A model generated the notes under the pieces. The model did no database searches. It was not told the DNA's origin and saw only the letters and a program-made list of their open reading frames with translations. A program made the translations under genes and the position numbers. From Schmidtea polychroa (taxonomy: Eukaryota), in the NCBI GenBank assembly GCA_044892525.1, contig CM097887.1:81818397-81882396 (forward strand): 64,000 nt of DNA, written 5' to 3'. Below, one piece after another: positions 1 through 9,166 of the stretch. The stretch's first letter is position 1. Every line of letters starts with the position of its first letter.

Positions 1-66
1 GGATTTTGATTTTTTCGGTACAGAATGCCACTTTATAGATTTAAATAGAAATCTCTCAAATTGCAA

Positions 67-139
67 GCCTTCGTAGCTCAGTGGTTAGAGCACTGGTCTA
101 GTAAACCAGGGGTCGTGAGTTCAATTCTCACCGAAGGCA
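67..139 (+). tRNA. trnT: tRNA-Thr(AGT)
   Basis: Cloverleaf: GCCTTCG/CGAAGGC acceptor, GCTC/GAGC D stem, CTGGT-ctAGTaa-ACCAG anticodon arm, GTGAG-ttcaatt-CTCAC T arm, discriminator A73, no CCA. Confidence 0.97.
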
Positions 140-140
140 A

Positions 141-146
141 TTTTTT
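141..146 (+). terminator. RNA Pol III oligo-dT terminator (T6); present after every tRNA 3' end in the window
   Basis: TTTTTT starts 2 nt after the discriminator base in each unit. Confidence 0.85.
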
Positions 147-324
147 CCTAAATAAATTTTATCACATCAACATTAATCTTGTCTTGTCCGTTTTTGTTTC
201 TCGTATTAGAAAAATTCCAACAAAAAATCCTATTGATTGTCCGACTTGTGTATGGGTTGGATTTTGATTTTTTCGGTACAGAATGCCACTTTATAGATTT
301 AAATAGAAATCTCTCAAATTGCAA

Positions 325-397
325 GCCTTCGTAGCTCAGTGGTTAGAGCACTGGTCTAGTAAACCAGGGGTCGTGAGTTCAATTCTCACCGAAGGCA
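325..397 (+). tRNA. trnT: tRNA-Thr(AGT)
   Basis: Consensus copy. Confidence 0.97.
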
Positions 398-582
398 ATT
401 TTTTCCTAAATAAATTTTATCACATCAACATTAATCTTGTCTTGTCCGTTTTTGTTTCTAGTATTAGAAAAATTCCAACAAAAAATCCTATTGATTGTCC
501 GACTTGTGTATGGGTTGGATTTTGTTTTTTTCGGTACAGAATGCCACTTTAATAATTTAAATAGAAATCTCTCAAATTGCAA

Positions 583-655
583 GCCTTCGTAGCTCAGTGG
601 TTAGAGCACTGGTCTAGTAAACCAGGGGTCGTGAGTTCAATTCTCACCGAAGGCA
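583..655 (+). tRNA. trnT: tRNA-Thr(AGT)
   Basis: Consensus copy. Confidence 0.97.
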
Positions 656-840
656 ATTTTTTCCTAAATAAATTTTATCACATCAACATTAATCTTGTCT
701 TGTCCGTTTTTGTTTCTAGTATTAGAAAAATTCCAACAAAAAATCCTATTGATTGTCCGACTTGTGTATGGGTTGGATTTTGATTTTTTCGGTACAGAAT
801 GTTACTTTATAGATTTAAATAGAAATCTCTCAAATTGCAA

Positions 841-913
841 GCCTTCGTAGCTCAGTGGTTAGAGCACTGGTCTAGTAAACCAGGGGTCGTGAGTTCAATT
901 CTCACCGAAGGCA
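841..913 (+). tRNA. trnT: tRNA-Thr(AGT)
   Basis: Consensus copy. Confidence 0.97.
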
Positions 914-1098
914 ATTTTTTCCTAAATAAATTTTATCACATCAACATTAATCTTGTCTTGTCCGTTTTTGTTTCTAGTATTAGAAAAATTCCAACAAAAA
1001 ATCCTATTGATTATCCGACTTGTGTATGGGTTGGATTTTGATTTTTTCGGTACAGAATGCCACTTTATAGATTTAAATAGAAATCTCTCAAATTGCAA

Positions 1099-1171
1099 GC
1101 CTTCGTAGCTCAGTGGTTAGAGCACTGGTCTAGTAAACCAGGGGTCGTGAGTTCAATTCTCACCGAAGGCA
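1099..1171 (+). tRNA. trnT: tRNA-Thr(AGT)
   Basis: Consensus copy. Confidence 0.97.
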
Positions 1172-1356
1172 ATTTTTTCCTAAATAAATTTTATCACATC
1201 AACATTAATCTTGTCTTGTCCGTTTTTGTTTCTAGTATTAGAAAAATTCCAACAAAAAATCCTATTGATTGTCCGACTTGTGTATGGGTTGGATTTTGAT
1301 TTTTTCGGTACAGAATGTTACTTTATAGATTTAAATAGAAATCTCTCAAATTGCAA

Positions 1357-1429
1357 GCCTTCGTAGCTCAGTGGTTAGAGCACTGGTCTTGTAAACCAGG
1401 GGTCGTGAGTTCAATTCTCACCGAAGGCA
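1357..1429 (+). tRNA. trnT: tRNA-Thr variant with TGT anticodon
   Basis: Loop ctTGTaa (A34T at 1390), body otherwise consensus. Confidence 0.85.
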
Positions 1430-1614
1430 ATTTTTTCCTAAATAAATTTTATCACATCAACATTAATCTTGTCTTGTCCGTTTTTGTTTCTAGTATTAGA
1501 AAAATTCCAACAAAAAATCCTATTGATTGTCCGACTTGTGTATGGGTTGGATTTTGATTTTTTCGGTACAGAATGCCACTTTATAGATTTAAATAGAAAT
1601 CTCTCAAATTGCAA

Positions 1615-1687
1615 GCCTTCGTAGCTCAGTGGTTAGAGCACTGGTCTAGTAAACCAGGGGTCGTGAGTTCAATTCTCACCGAAGGCA
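1615..1687 (+). tRNA. trnT: tRNA-Thr(AGT)
   Basis: Consensus copy. Confidence 0.97.
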
Positions 1688-1872
1688 ATTTTTTCCTAAA
1701 TAAATTTTATCACATCAACATTAATCTTGTCTTGTCCGTTTTTGTTTCTCGTATTAGAAAAATTCCAACAAAAAATCCTATTGATTGTCCGACTTGTGTA
1801 TGGGTTGGATTTTGATTTTTTCGGTACAGAATGCCACTTTATAGATTTAAATAGAAATCTCTCAAATTGCAA

Positions 1873-1945
1873 GCCTTCGTAGCTCAGTGGTTAGAGCACT
1901 GGTCTAGTAAACCAGGGGTCGTGAGTTCAATTCTCACCGAAGGCA
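1873..1945 (+). tRNA. trnT: tRNA-Thr(AGT)
   Basis: Consensus copy. Confidence 0.97.
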
Positions 1946-2130
1946 ATTTTTTCCTAAATAAATTTTATCACATCAACATTAATCTTGTCTTGTCCGTTTT
2001 TGTTTCTAGTATTAGAAAAATTCCAACAAAAAATCCTATTGATTGTCCGACTTGTGTATGGGTTGGATTTTGTTTTTTTCGGTACAGAATGCCACTTTAA
2101 TAATTTAAATAGAAATCTCTCAAATTGCAA

Positions 2131-2203
2131 GCCTTCGTAGCTCAGTGGTTAGAGCACTGGTCTAGTAAACCAGGGGTCGTGAGTTCAATTCTCACCGAAG
2201 GAA
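2131..2203 (+). tRNA. trnT: tRNA-Thr(AGT) variant C72A (G1:A72 mismatch)
   Basis: Ends CGAAGGAA instead of CGAAGGCA. Confidence 0.75.
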
Positions 2204-2388
2204 ATTTTTTCCTAAATAAATTTTATCACATCAACATAAATCTTGTCTTGTCCGTTTTTGTTTCTAGTATTACAAAAATTCCAACAAAAAATCCTATTGA
2301 TTGTCCGACTTGTGTATGGGTTGGATTTTGATTTTTTCGGTACAGAATGCCACTTTATAGATTTACATAGAAATCTCTCAAATTGCAA

Positions 2389-2409
2389 GCCTTCGTAGCT
2401 CAGTGGTTA
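2389..2409 (+). pseudogene. 5' half (nt 1-21) of tRNA-Thr interrupted by element copy 1
   Basis: GCCTTCGTAGCTCAGTGGTTA followed directly by the element ATG. Confidence 0.95.
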
Positions 2410-4621
2410 ATGGAAAAACACACAACGATGATGCAATCGCCTACGAATGAATTACTCATCAATCTTAATCAAAAATTACCGAATTTTGGATTACTCAATT
2501 GCAAAATTGCAAAATCTTCAATCATATCTTTGTTGAAATCTCAAATTCAACAATCTCAAGCTATTTTGGATTTTATTTCAAAAGATTCGGAAGAGCCTTC
2601 AATTCTGGAACCTGTTGAATCAATTGAGGACATGCCTGAAGATTCAATGAAATTCTCTGAAGAAAAGATTCCACAACTTTCTACTATGCCTTTTTCAATT
2701 GAAGAAAGATTTCAGATTCTTGAGAAGACTATTGAATCTGTGTGTGGTAGGATTGATTTGATTTTTAATTCCGTAAATGATTATAATAAAAATATTGTTA
2801 AAGAGAATGGGAATCTAAATGAGAATACTAATACTGATTCTACTTTGGATTCTTATTCTAATAATGATGACTTTAAAATAAAAAAATTTAACAAATTATC
2901 TAAGGTTAATAATATTGTTGATTCAAAAAATACTTTAGTTTTAGGTTCAAAGTCAAATATTAAAATTAATCCTGTTAATTTGTCTAACAAATTAACTAGA
3001 TATTTATCGAAAAAAGAACGTGTGGAATTTTTGAAAAAATTTCCACGTTTTCTAAAATTAATTAAATTAAAAAATTCAAAATTTAAAGATAATTCAATTA
3101 ATTCTGAATTATCTTTAATTACTAAAAATGATTTTAACTTTATCACTGAATATGACCATTTGTATTTTCTTAATGGCCATTTTTTTGTCGTTATAAATTT
3201 AGACAAAAAATTAAAATCAAAAATTAAACCAAATAAATCTAATAATTATACTTTTATTAGTAAAATATGTAATTTAAATTTAAATACTAAAAATTTTATT
3301 TTAGTTCCAAATATAATTAAAAGGTTTTTATTTTCTCTTTCTAGCAAATTAGCTGGAACTACTTCAATTAAAAATAATAATCATAAGGGACTTATTATAA
3401 ATAAAATTCTACAAAATTTGAAAGATGAAAACCTGCTACCTGACTTTCTTCTTAGTTCAGAACTTAAGTTTGTCGACGGTGATTTTTTAATGAAAGACGT
3501 CTTTCAATCTCTAGATTGTTCTTTTACTTCTCCTAATGAAACTCGTATGGATTTGTCTAGATCACAATTAAATTTGTTATTTAAGAAATTTCCAGAGTTG
3601 AAGGAAATGTGTTTTGTCGAAAATACATCCAAAGATGCTTCCAATTTAATTAATATTAATAAATGAATTGAAATTAAATAGGAACTTCCCAAATAATATT
3701 TTTTTTGAATTTGGTAAATTTGTTAAAATTGCTAAAGATGAAAAGATTATATTTTCAACAAATGGGTCATCTGATGTACAGTTTAATCTTGGTCTATTTA
3801 ATCTTTTAGATATTATTAAAATTGACAGTGAATTGAATGATTTAGTTCTTCAACCTGAATCTTCTATGAGGCTTGTCAGTTTGGTTTTCCATTTGAATTA
3901 CTTGTTTTTAACAAAAGGTATTGAAATTTCTGGAAATATTCCTTATGATAATTATGTTATTAATTATATTCGGAATGCCTTACTTTTACATGGTGTTGTA
4001 GATCCTAAATTTTGTGAATCTCTCACACTTGACGAATTTGATAATTGGAGCGCTGACATGATAGAAAGAATTCCTTCTTCGTCATATTACTCTCAAAGTT
4101 GCAAGGAAAAGTTATTAAAATATAGGCAATGGAAACTAGAGGGGGAAGTTAATAAACTAAGAAATATTATTTCGCCTGAGACAATTAATGTTGTTAATAG
4201 ATTTTTGATTTCATTGGATGACTCTAATAAATCTATTAAGGAAGCAACTTTGAGTTTAGATGAACTAATGGATAAAATTAATACATTTAAACTAGGCGAC
4301 AATGACCCAGAAATTTTGAAATCTAAGCGGCTACTATACTTTATTTTGAGAGACAAGAAGTTGTTTCTAAGAAATAACAGTAAAATCTTCCAGTTACCTA
4401 TGACATGCAGAAAGATATGCACTCCAAAAATGTCATTATGTATTCACGAACTCTTGGACTTTCTGAAGGGGATAGAAAATCATTCATCTCCGATCTTTCC
4501 TACAATAGTTGACTCTCCATTGGTTATTGAATCACTTCCAACTGATATAGACGCTGAGACGGATACAATAAAATCTCGTACTCGAAATGGTCGAAGAAGA
4601 GCGTTATCCGATTCTAAATGA
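2410..4621 (+). pseudogene. ORF1 haplotype A (~736 aa if repaired), +1 frameshift near 3655-3667
   Basis: Track ORFs 2383-3666 and 3668-4621 align end to end with the 758-aa ORF1 of other copies; 13 nt stand where the others have 12. Confidence 0.85.
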
Positions 4622-4626
4622 AAATG

Positions 4627-4687
4627 TGTGCCTGCATCAGTGAAAATATCTGCTCCGTTCTCATATGAAACTGATGCAGAATGCACA
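4627..4687 (+). promoter_or_regulatory. Candidate stop-codon readthrough stem-loop 5 nt after the ORF1 TGA; equivalents at 15560, 23654, 31481, 39827, 48438, 57049
   Basis: TGTGC-CTGCATCAGT (4627-4641) pairs with ACTGATGCAG (4670-4679) and GCACA (4683-4687); stem invariant in all 7 copies. Confidence 0.6.
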
Positions 4688-7600
4688 AATAAACTTTCTG
4701 AAATTGACCAAACACGCTGGTTTACTGATGATGAAATTGATTATTTCCTTCTACATCATATCAATAATCCAATGTTTACCTTTATAAGATGTTTCATTGT
4801 TAGTATCTTATGTTCTGATATTGCTGAAAATGTTGTTGATCTTCCCAAAGCTATTTTTGAAGCTCAAGTAATTCTATGTCCACTCAACATTAACAACTCA
4901 CATTGGGTCTTGTTTGTTTATTGTAAATCTTCATTAACTTCTTATTTTATCGATCCGATCTTGAAGAATAGAAATAGATTAGTAAATAAGGAGAGAGCTG
5001 TTAAAATAAACAATGTATTAAACTGTACTTTCAATCTTGATTCATTAATAATTGAACACCCGTATAAAGATCTTGTTTATCAAGATAATAATTACGATTG
5101 TGGTCCTTTCATTTGCGGTTATGCGATGATTGTATCTCAAGAATGGAGCTCAATTCCTAATACGTTTGTCGAATACATTAGGAAACAATTGTTTCACTGT
5201 CAATCTATTTCTACTGTATCAGGAGGTGGCTTATCTAAAAATCATTTTCTCAATAAAATCAACTTCAAAAAGGCAATAAAACCTAAAAGCAAACCCATTA
5301 TGAATGTCAAAATTATAAACCCTAATAATGAGAAAGCTTGTGTCTCATCTCTGATAAGCAAATGGTACGAAAAATATCCAAGTATATTAGTTCTTTCTCC
5401 CGAAATAACAAATAGTTTAATCAGTCAAAATGATAATTTTATAATTGAAAATATTACATTTTTGCAATTTAGAAACGTTGATCATATAATTTGTATAATT
5501 CCTAACGATAATTGCTGGTGTCTATTGTTTTGCTCAGTCAAATATGGACATAGTTATCTTTTTGATCTTAAACCTGGTTCGATTACTGAAAGATTGATAG
5601 GAATTTGTGAAAATATTACCGATTATTTGAATAAATTTACTCTAAATAAAAAGGTTTATTTTGAAAAGAATCAAAATGCTTTTCGTTTAAAAATTTCATC
5701 TGAAGATCCGTTTGAATATGCAGTTGGGTACATTGCCTTCTTAGAAAAATATCTTTTTAATAGAATATTTGATAGAGATTATGTGATTAAAACTCTCAAA
5801 CATATGAATGTGCAGCAGGCAATTGAAATTAACAAAAATTTAAATTTAATTAATTGCAAAATTACTGATAAAATTATAACTAATTTTTTTAATAACTTGA
5901 AACATTCCTCAGATTTTATTTTACTTAATAATACAATGTGCACTGCAATTTATGAAGACTGTACTCAATATCTGAAAGATTTTTTAAATATTGAGCATTT
6001 GATAAAAGCACAGGTTATTTTTTGTATTATGGCCCCTCCTAAAGCTCAAGAAATATTGTTTGTCATTGACTATAAAACTGATGAGCATTACTTTCTCAAT
6101 CCCTCAACTTTAATTACTAATTTTAATTATTTATTTACTAGTCAAACTTTGTTGCATAAAATCAACGAAATTAGAGAATCGGCCGGTTGTTGTATAAAAT
6201 CTGGTAATATTCCGCATGATGTTCGTGGTTCTGGCCTTGTGAGTCGTGTACTCATTTGTGCTTTTATAAAAAACTATATTTCTGATTTATCTTTAGAGAA
6301 CCTCAATTTATTTGATATAGGCAGTGTAATTACTTCTTTGTTACCTCCAATAACGGAAACGATCAAGGTTTCGAAAAAAGACTTAAATGTTAAAAAAGAA
6401 ATTGGAAAACCTTCTTTGGAGCGTCGAATTGAGAAAATTAATCTCCTTTTATCAAATTTAGAAAACAGCAACGTTAATGAAATCTGTAAGATAATCATTG
6501 ACAATTCATTGCGTCAAAGATCAGATGACAAAACTATGATTCGTAGACCTTATCTGGGAAATAAACCTTCTTACGACAAACCTGACAAAAATATACTAAT
6601 ATCTGGCTTCCTATCTAATATGAAATTGACAGTGAATAAAATACTGGCTGATGAGAAAATTGATGAAAGACCTTCAATAACTGACTACATTTCTAATTTC
6701 ACTCATTCTGATCCTGTCATTAAATCTTACGATAAAGTGTTTAATTTCTGTCTGAGTTCTTTGTCAACTCTAGTTCTGAATCTAATTTCCACTGAAGATG
6801 TAAAGTTTGAAATTAAAAAAGCAGACAACACTTCTCCTGGACTTGATGATATCAAGTATAAAGATTTATCTATTTTTGATCCTGAATACAAATTATTGAC
6901 ATTTTTCTTTAACAAAATAATAGTCGATAAAAATGTTCCAGAATGTTTAAAATCTTTCAAAACAATTATGATTCCGAAGCCTGATAAAGGTGACAAGTAC
7001 ACTTTAGTTTCTTCATGGCGACCAATAGCTCTATTGTCAGTCATTTACAAAGTGTTTGCGTCAGTGTTAGCTAGTCGTTTGACTAGTTGGGTGAAGGTCA
7101 ATAATTTACTACACATTGGTCAGAAAGGAGGCTCAATCCATGACGGATGTGTTGAACATAACTCTGTTCTTTCTTCCTGCTTGGAACACTCAAAATACAG
7201 TAAAAACACTCCAATTGCTATAGCCTGGCTTGATATTAAAGACGCCTTTGGCAGTGTCCCTCATGATTACATGTGGAAAATCCTGCGTCGCGTTGGAGTC
7301 AGTGAGGAATTCACCAACATCTTGAAGCTGTTATATACCGATACAAGTTCTTTCTACACTTGTGGTCCAATTATTACACCAAACATTGCCATTAAACAGG
7401 GTGTCAAACAAGGATGCCCTATTTCAATGATTTTGTTTGCAATTGCGATAAATCCTGTTCTTGAATCTGTTAGTCAATCAAATGTGAAACCTTTCAAAAT
7501 TGCTGGATCTTCGGTTCAAGTTCTTGCATATGCTGATGACATTGCACTTGTTGCAAATAATGTTTCCGATTTACAACGCATAATTGACATTGCAGTCGAT

Positions 7601-9166
7601 ACTGCTAATGAAATAGGTTTTGAATATCGACCTGAAAAGTGTGCTTTTCTTGAACTTCCAAATATTAACTCTGAAAGTAAAATCGCAATCAATGGAATAA
7701 ATATTAAGAAACTTTTACCAAACGAATTTTACCAATATCTGGGAGTTCCAGTCGGTGAGGAAACTGACCAAAGTCCTTACGAGATTTTGAATAAAGTTAT
7801 TGTTGATGCAAATAAAATTGCAGAATCTGACTTGTTGGGATGGCAAAAATTGAAAGCCTACAAAGTCTTTCTACACTTGCGCCTAATCTTTCCATTTAGA
7901 ACGAGAGAAATAAAGATCAGTGCTCTTTCAACAACACAAGTTAATTGTACGAGTAAACTGAGAAGTATTCTAAGAAAGATCTTGAATTTGCCCAACCATT
8001 CTGAGACCAGTTATCTTTACAACTCCATTGAAAATGGAGGTGCGTCTTGTATTGATCTTCTTGATGAATATCATACACAGACGATTAGTCATTTTTTCCG
8101 ACTCTTTACCTCTAATTGCATGTTCACTCGTAATATCAATATTGACTCTTTGAAATTCGTCACTGGTCCTCGACTGGGAATCAAGGAACCATCAATGCAA
8201 GAGAGTTTCAACTGGATAAATGGAGCTGAAAATATCAAAACTCATTCTGGAAAGAAAACGAGATTCTATCGACCTCGGATAGCAATCAAGTACTTTCAAA
8301 GAACTCATGGTATTACCTTGTCTTTTGAAGTCGAGAAAAATGAGCCTGTTCTTCGATTTACAACTATCGAACGTGGTACTTGTGTGTTGACAGCTTTGAA
8401 TCGGAAAGCGATTTCTAAAATCATACATATTGCACTTTATGATGCTTATTTTTCTAAATGGAAATTAAGTAGCACGAGTGGATCTTGTGCTTATAGTTTA
8501 TCACCGAAAATCAATAAAGCGATTTACAATGGCAATCTTCGTGAAAGTCCTTGGAAATTCATACATCGTGCACGTACAAACACATTGTCTACCTTTGCTA
8601 AACCTTATCGAAAACCTGATGAAAGACTTTGTAGGCGTTGTCATATTGAAGAGGAAACACTTTGCCATGTTCTGCAAACATGCAAAATTCACCAAATCCT
8701 TGCTCTTAAAAGACATAACGAATGCTTACGACTTATTACTGAGCAACTGAAAAATCCTTTTCTTATTGTTGTTATTGACCACACTTGTTCACTTGTTGTT
8801 GACTCTAAGGAGCGAGTTGATTTAATGATAACGGATAATGATAAAAAGAAAATTTTCATGGTAGACGTCAAATGTCCTTTTGACACTCTACAGACCTTTG
8901 AAACGGTAGATAAAGGAAATTTGACAAAATACGATAATCTTCGACAGCAAATACAAGTTGCAAAGCCAAATTTTAAGGTGGAACTTTATACTTGTATCAT
9001 TGGCTCATTAGGTTCTGTTCCACCAATGACATATGATGTGCTTGAGAAGATTGGAGTACCTAATCATAAAGTTGAATCTCTTGTAAGAGAATGTGCAATG
9101 AGCAATATAATGCACTCGGCTAAATCTTGGCATTACCATGCATATGGTATCTTACCAGGCTTCTAA
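4628..9166 (+). CDS. ORF2: Ulp1/C48 protease (plus 2 degenerate repeats) - reverse transcriptase - CCHC - restriction-like endonuclease, 1512 aa from GTG; true start uncertain
   Basis: H92/D109/Q152/C158 (SHW, IDP, QDNNYDCG); RT motifs SPGLD, WRPIAL, LDIKDAF, GVKQGCP, YADD (7529), YQYLG; CRRCx8Hx4C (8630-8683); RHN, VD, DVK, KY endonuclease motifs. Confidence 0.95.
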   Translation: MPASVKISAPFSYETDAECTNKLSEIDQTRWFTDDEIDYFLLHHINNPMFTFIRCFIVSILCSDIAENVVDLPKAIFEAQVILCPLNINNSHWVLFVYCKSSLTSYFIDPILKNRNRLVNKERAVKINNVLNCTFNLDSLIIEHPYKDLVYQDNNYDCGPFICGYAMIVSQEWSSIPNTFVEYIRKQLFHCQSISTVSGGGLSKNHFLNKINFKKAIKPKSKPIMNVKIINPNNEKACVSSLISKWYEKYPSILVLSPEITNSLISQNDNFIIENITFLQFRNVDHIICIIPNDNCWCLLFCSVKYGHSYLFDLKPGSITERLIGICENITDYLNKFTLNKKVYFEKNQNAFRLKISSEDPFEYAVGYIAFLEKYLFNRIFDRDYVIKTLKHMNVQQAIEINKNLNLINCKITDKIITNFFNNLKHSSDFILLNNTMCTAIYEDCTQYLKDFLNIEHLIKAQVIFCIMAPPKAQEILFVIDYKTDEHYFLNPSTLITNFNYLFTSQTLLHKINEIRESAGCCIKSGNIPHDVRGSGLVSRVLICAFIKNYISDLSLENLNLFDIGSVITSLLPPITETIKVSKKDLNVKKEIGKPSLERRIEKINLLLSNLENSNVNEICKIIIDNSLRQRSDDKTMIRRPYLGNKPSYDKPDKNILISGFLSNMKLTVNKILADEKIDERPSITDYISNFTHSDPVIKSYDKVFNFCLSSLSTLVLNLISTEDVKFEIKKADNTSPGLDDIKYKDLSIFDPEYKLLTFFFNKIIVDKNVPECLKSFKTIMIPKPDKGDKYTLVSSWRPIALLSVIYKVFASVLASRLTSWVKVNNLLHIGQKGGSIHDGCVEHNSVLSSCLEHSKYSKNTPIAIAWLDIKDAFGSVPHDYMWKILRRVGVSEEFTNILKLLYTDTSSFYTCGPIITPNIAIKQGVKQGCPISMILFAIAINPVLESVSQSNVKPFKIAGSSVQVLAYADDIALVANNVSDLQRIIDIAVDTANEIGFEYRPEKCAFLELPNINSESKIAINGINIKKLLPNEFYQYLGVPVGEETDQSPYEILNKVIVDANKIAESDLLGWQKLKAYKVFLHLRLIFPFRTREIKISALSTTQVNCTSKLRSILRKILNLPNHSETSYLYNSIENGGASCIDLLDEYHTQTISHFFRLFTSNCMFTRNINIDSLKFVTGPRLGIKEPSMQESFNWINGAENIKTHSGKKTRFYRPRIAIKYFQRTHGITLSFEVEKNEPVLRFTTIERGTCVLTALNRKAISKIIHIALYDAYFSKWKLSSTSGSCAYSLSPKINKAIYNGNLRESPWKFIHRARTNTLSTFAKPYRKPDERLCRRCHIEEETLCHVLQTCKIHQILALKRHNECLRLITEQLKNPFLIVVIDHTCSLVVDSKERVDLMITDNDKKKIFMVDVKCPFDTLQTFETVDKGNLTKYDNLRQQIQVAKPNFKVELYTCIIGSLGSVPPMTYDVLEKIGVPNHKVESLVRECAMSNIMHSAKSWHYHAYGILPGF

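Larger units (their letters stand above)
1..2409 (+). repeat. Tandem tRNA-Thr array block 1 (258-bp units, 9 full genes plus a 5' half)
   Basis: Exact 258-bp periodicity (67, 325, 583 ... 2389). Confidence 0.98.

Noticed and set aside
210-265. Imperfect inverted repeat in the spacer (AAAATTCCAAC / GTTGGATTTT) and loose similarity of spacer words to the element 3' end (AATAAATTTTATC, AAAAATCC)
   Set aside because: These are short, low-complexity AT-rich matches that I cannot distinguish from chance without a statistical test.
61-267. 68-81 aa ORF (MQAFVAQWLEHW...) repeated in every 258-bp unit
   Set aside because: It starts at TTG, runs through the tRNA gene and spacer, and its length changes with spacer SNPs. 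It is a by-product of the tRNA repeat.
2383-2409. N-terminal MQAFVAQWL extension of ORF1 in the ORF track
   Set aside because: It is translated tRNA leader and 5' half. The element begins at the ATG (MEKHTT), and at copy 8 the frame upstream is closed by TAA.
1-2409. CRISPR-like array of regular repeats
   Set aside because: Both the repeat and the intervening sequence are constant. The unit is a tRNA gene plus spacer, there are no cas genes, and the context is eukaryotic.
4619-4621. TGA as a sense codon under an alternative genetic code
   Set aside because: No other in-frame TGA occurs in the intact 758-aa and 1512-aa ORFs, where Trp is TGG and Cys is TGT/TGC. General reassignment would be expected to leave several.
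4618-4668. ATG overlapping the ORF1 stop (ATGA) as a reinitiation start for ORF2
   Set aside because: It is in a different frame and gives only a 16-aa peptide (MKMCACISENICSVLI), so it cannot produce ORF2 without a further frameshift.
2853-8886. Other short minus-strand and alternate-frame ORFs overlapping ORF1 and ORF2
   Set aside because: They are shadows of long AT-rich coding frames and have no independent features.
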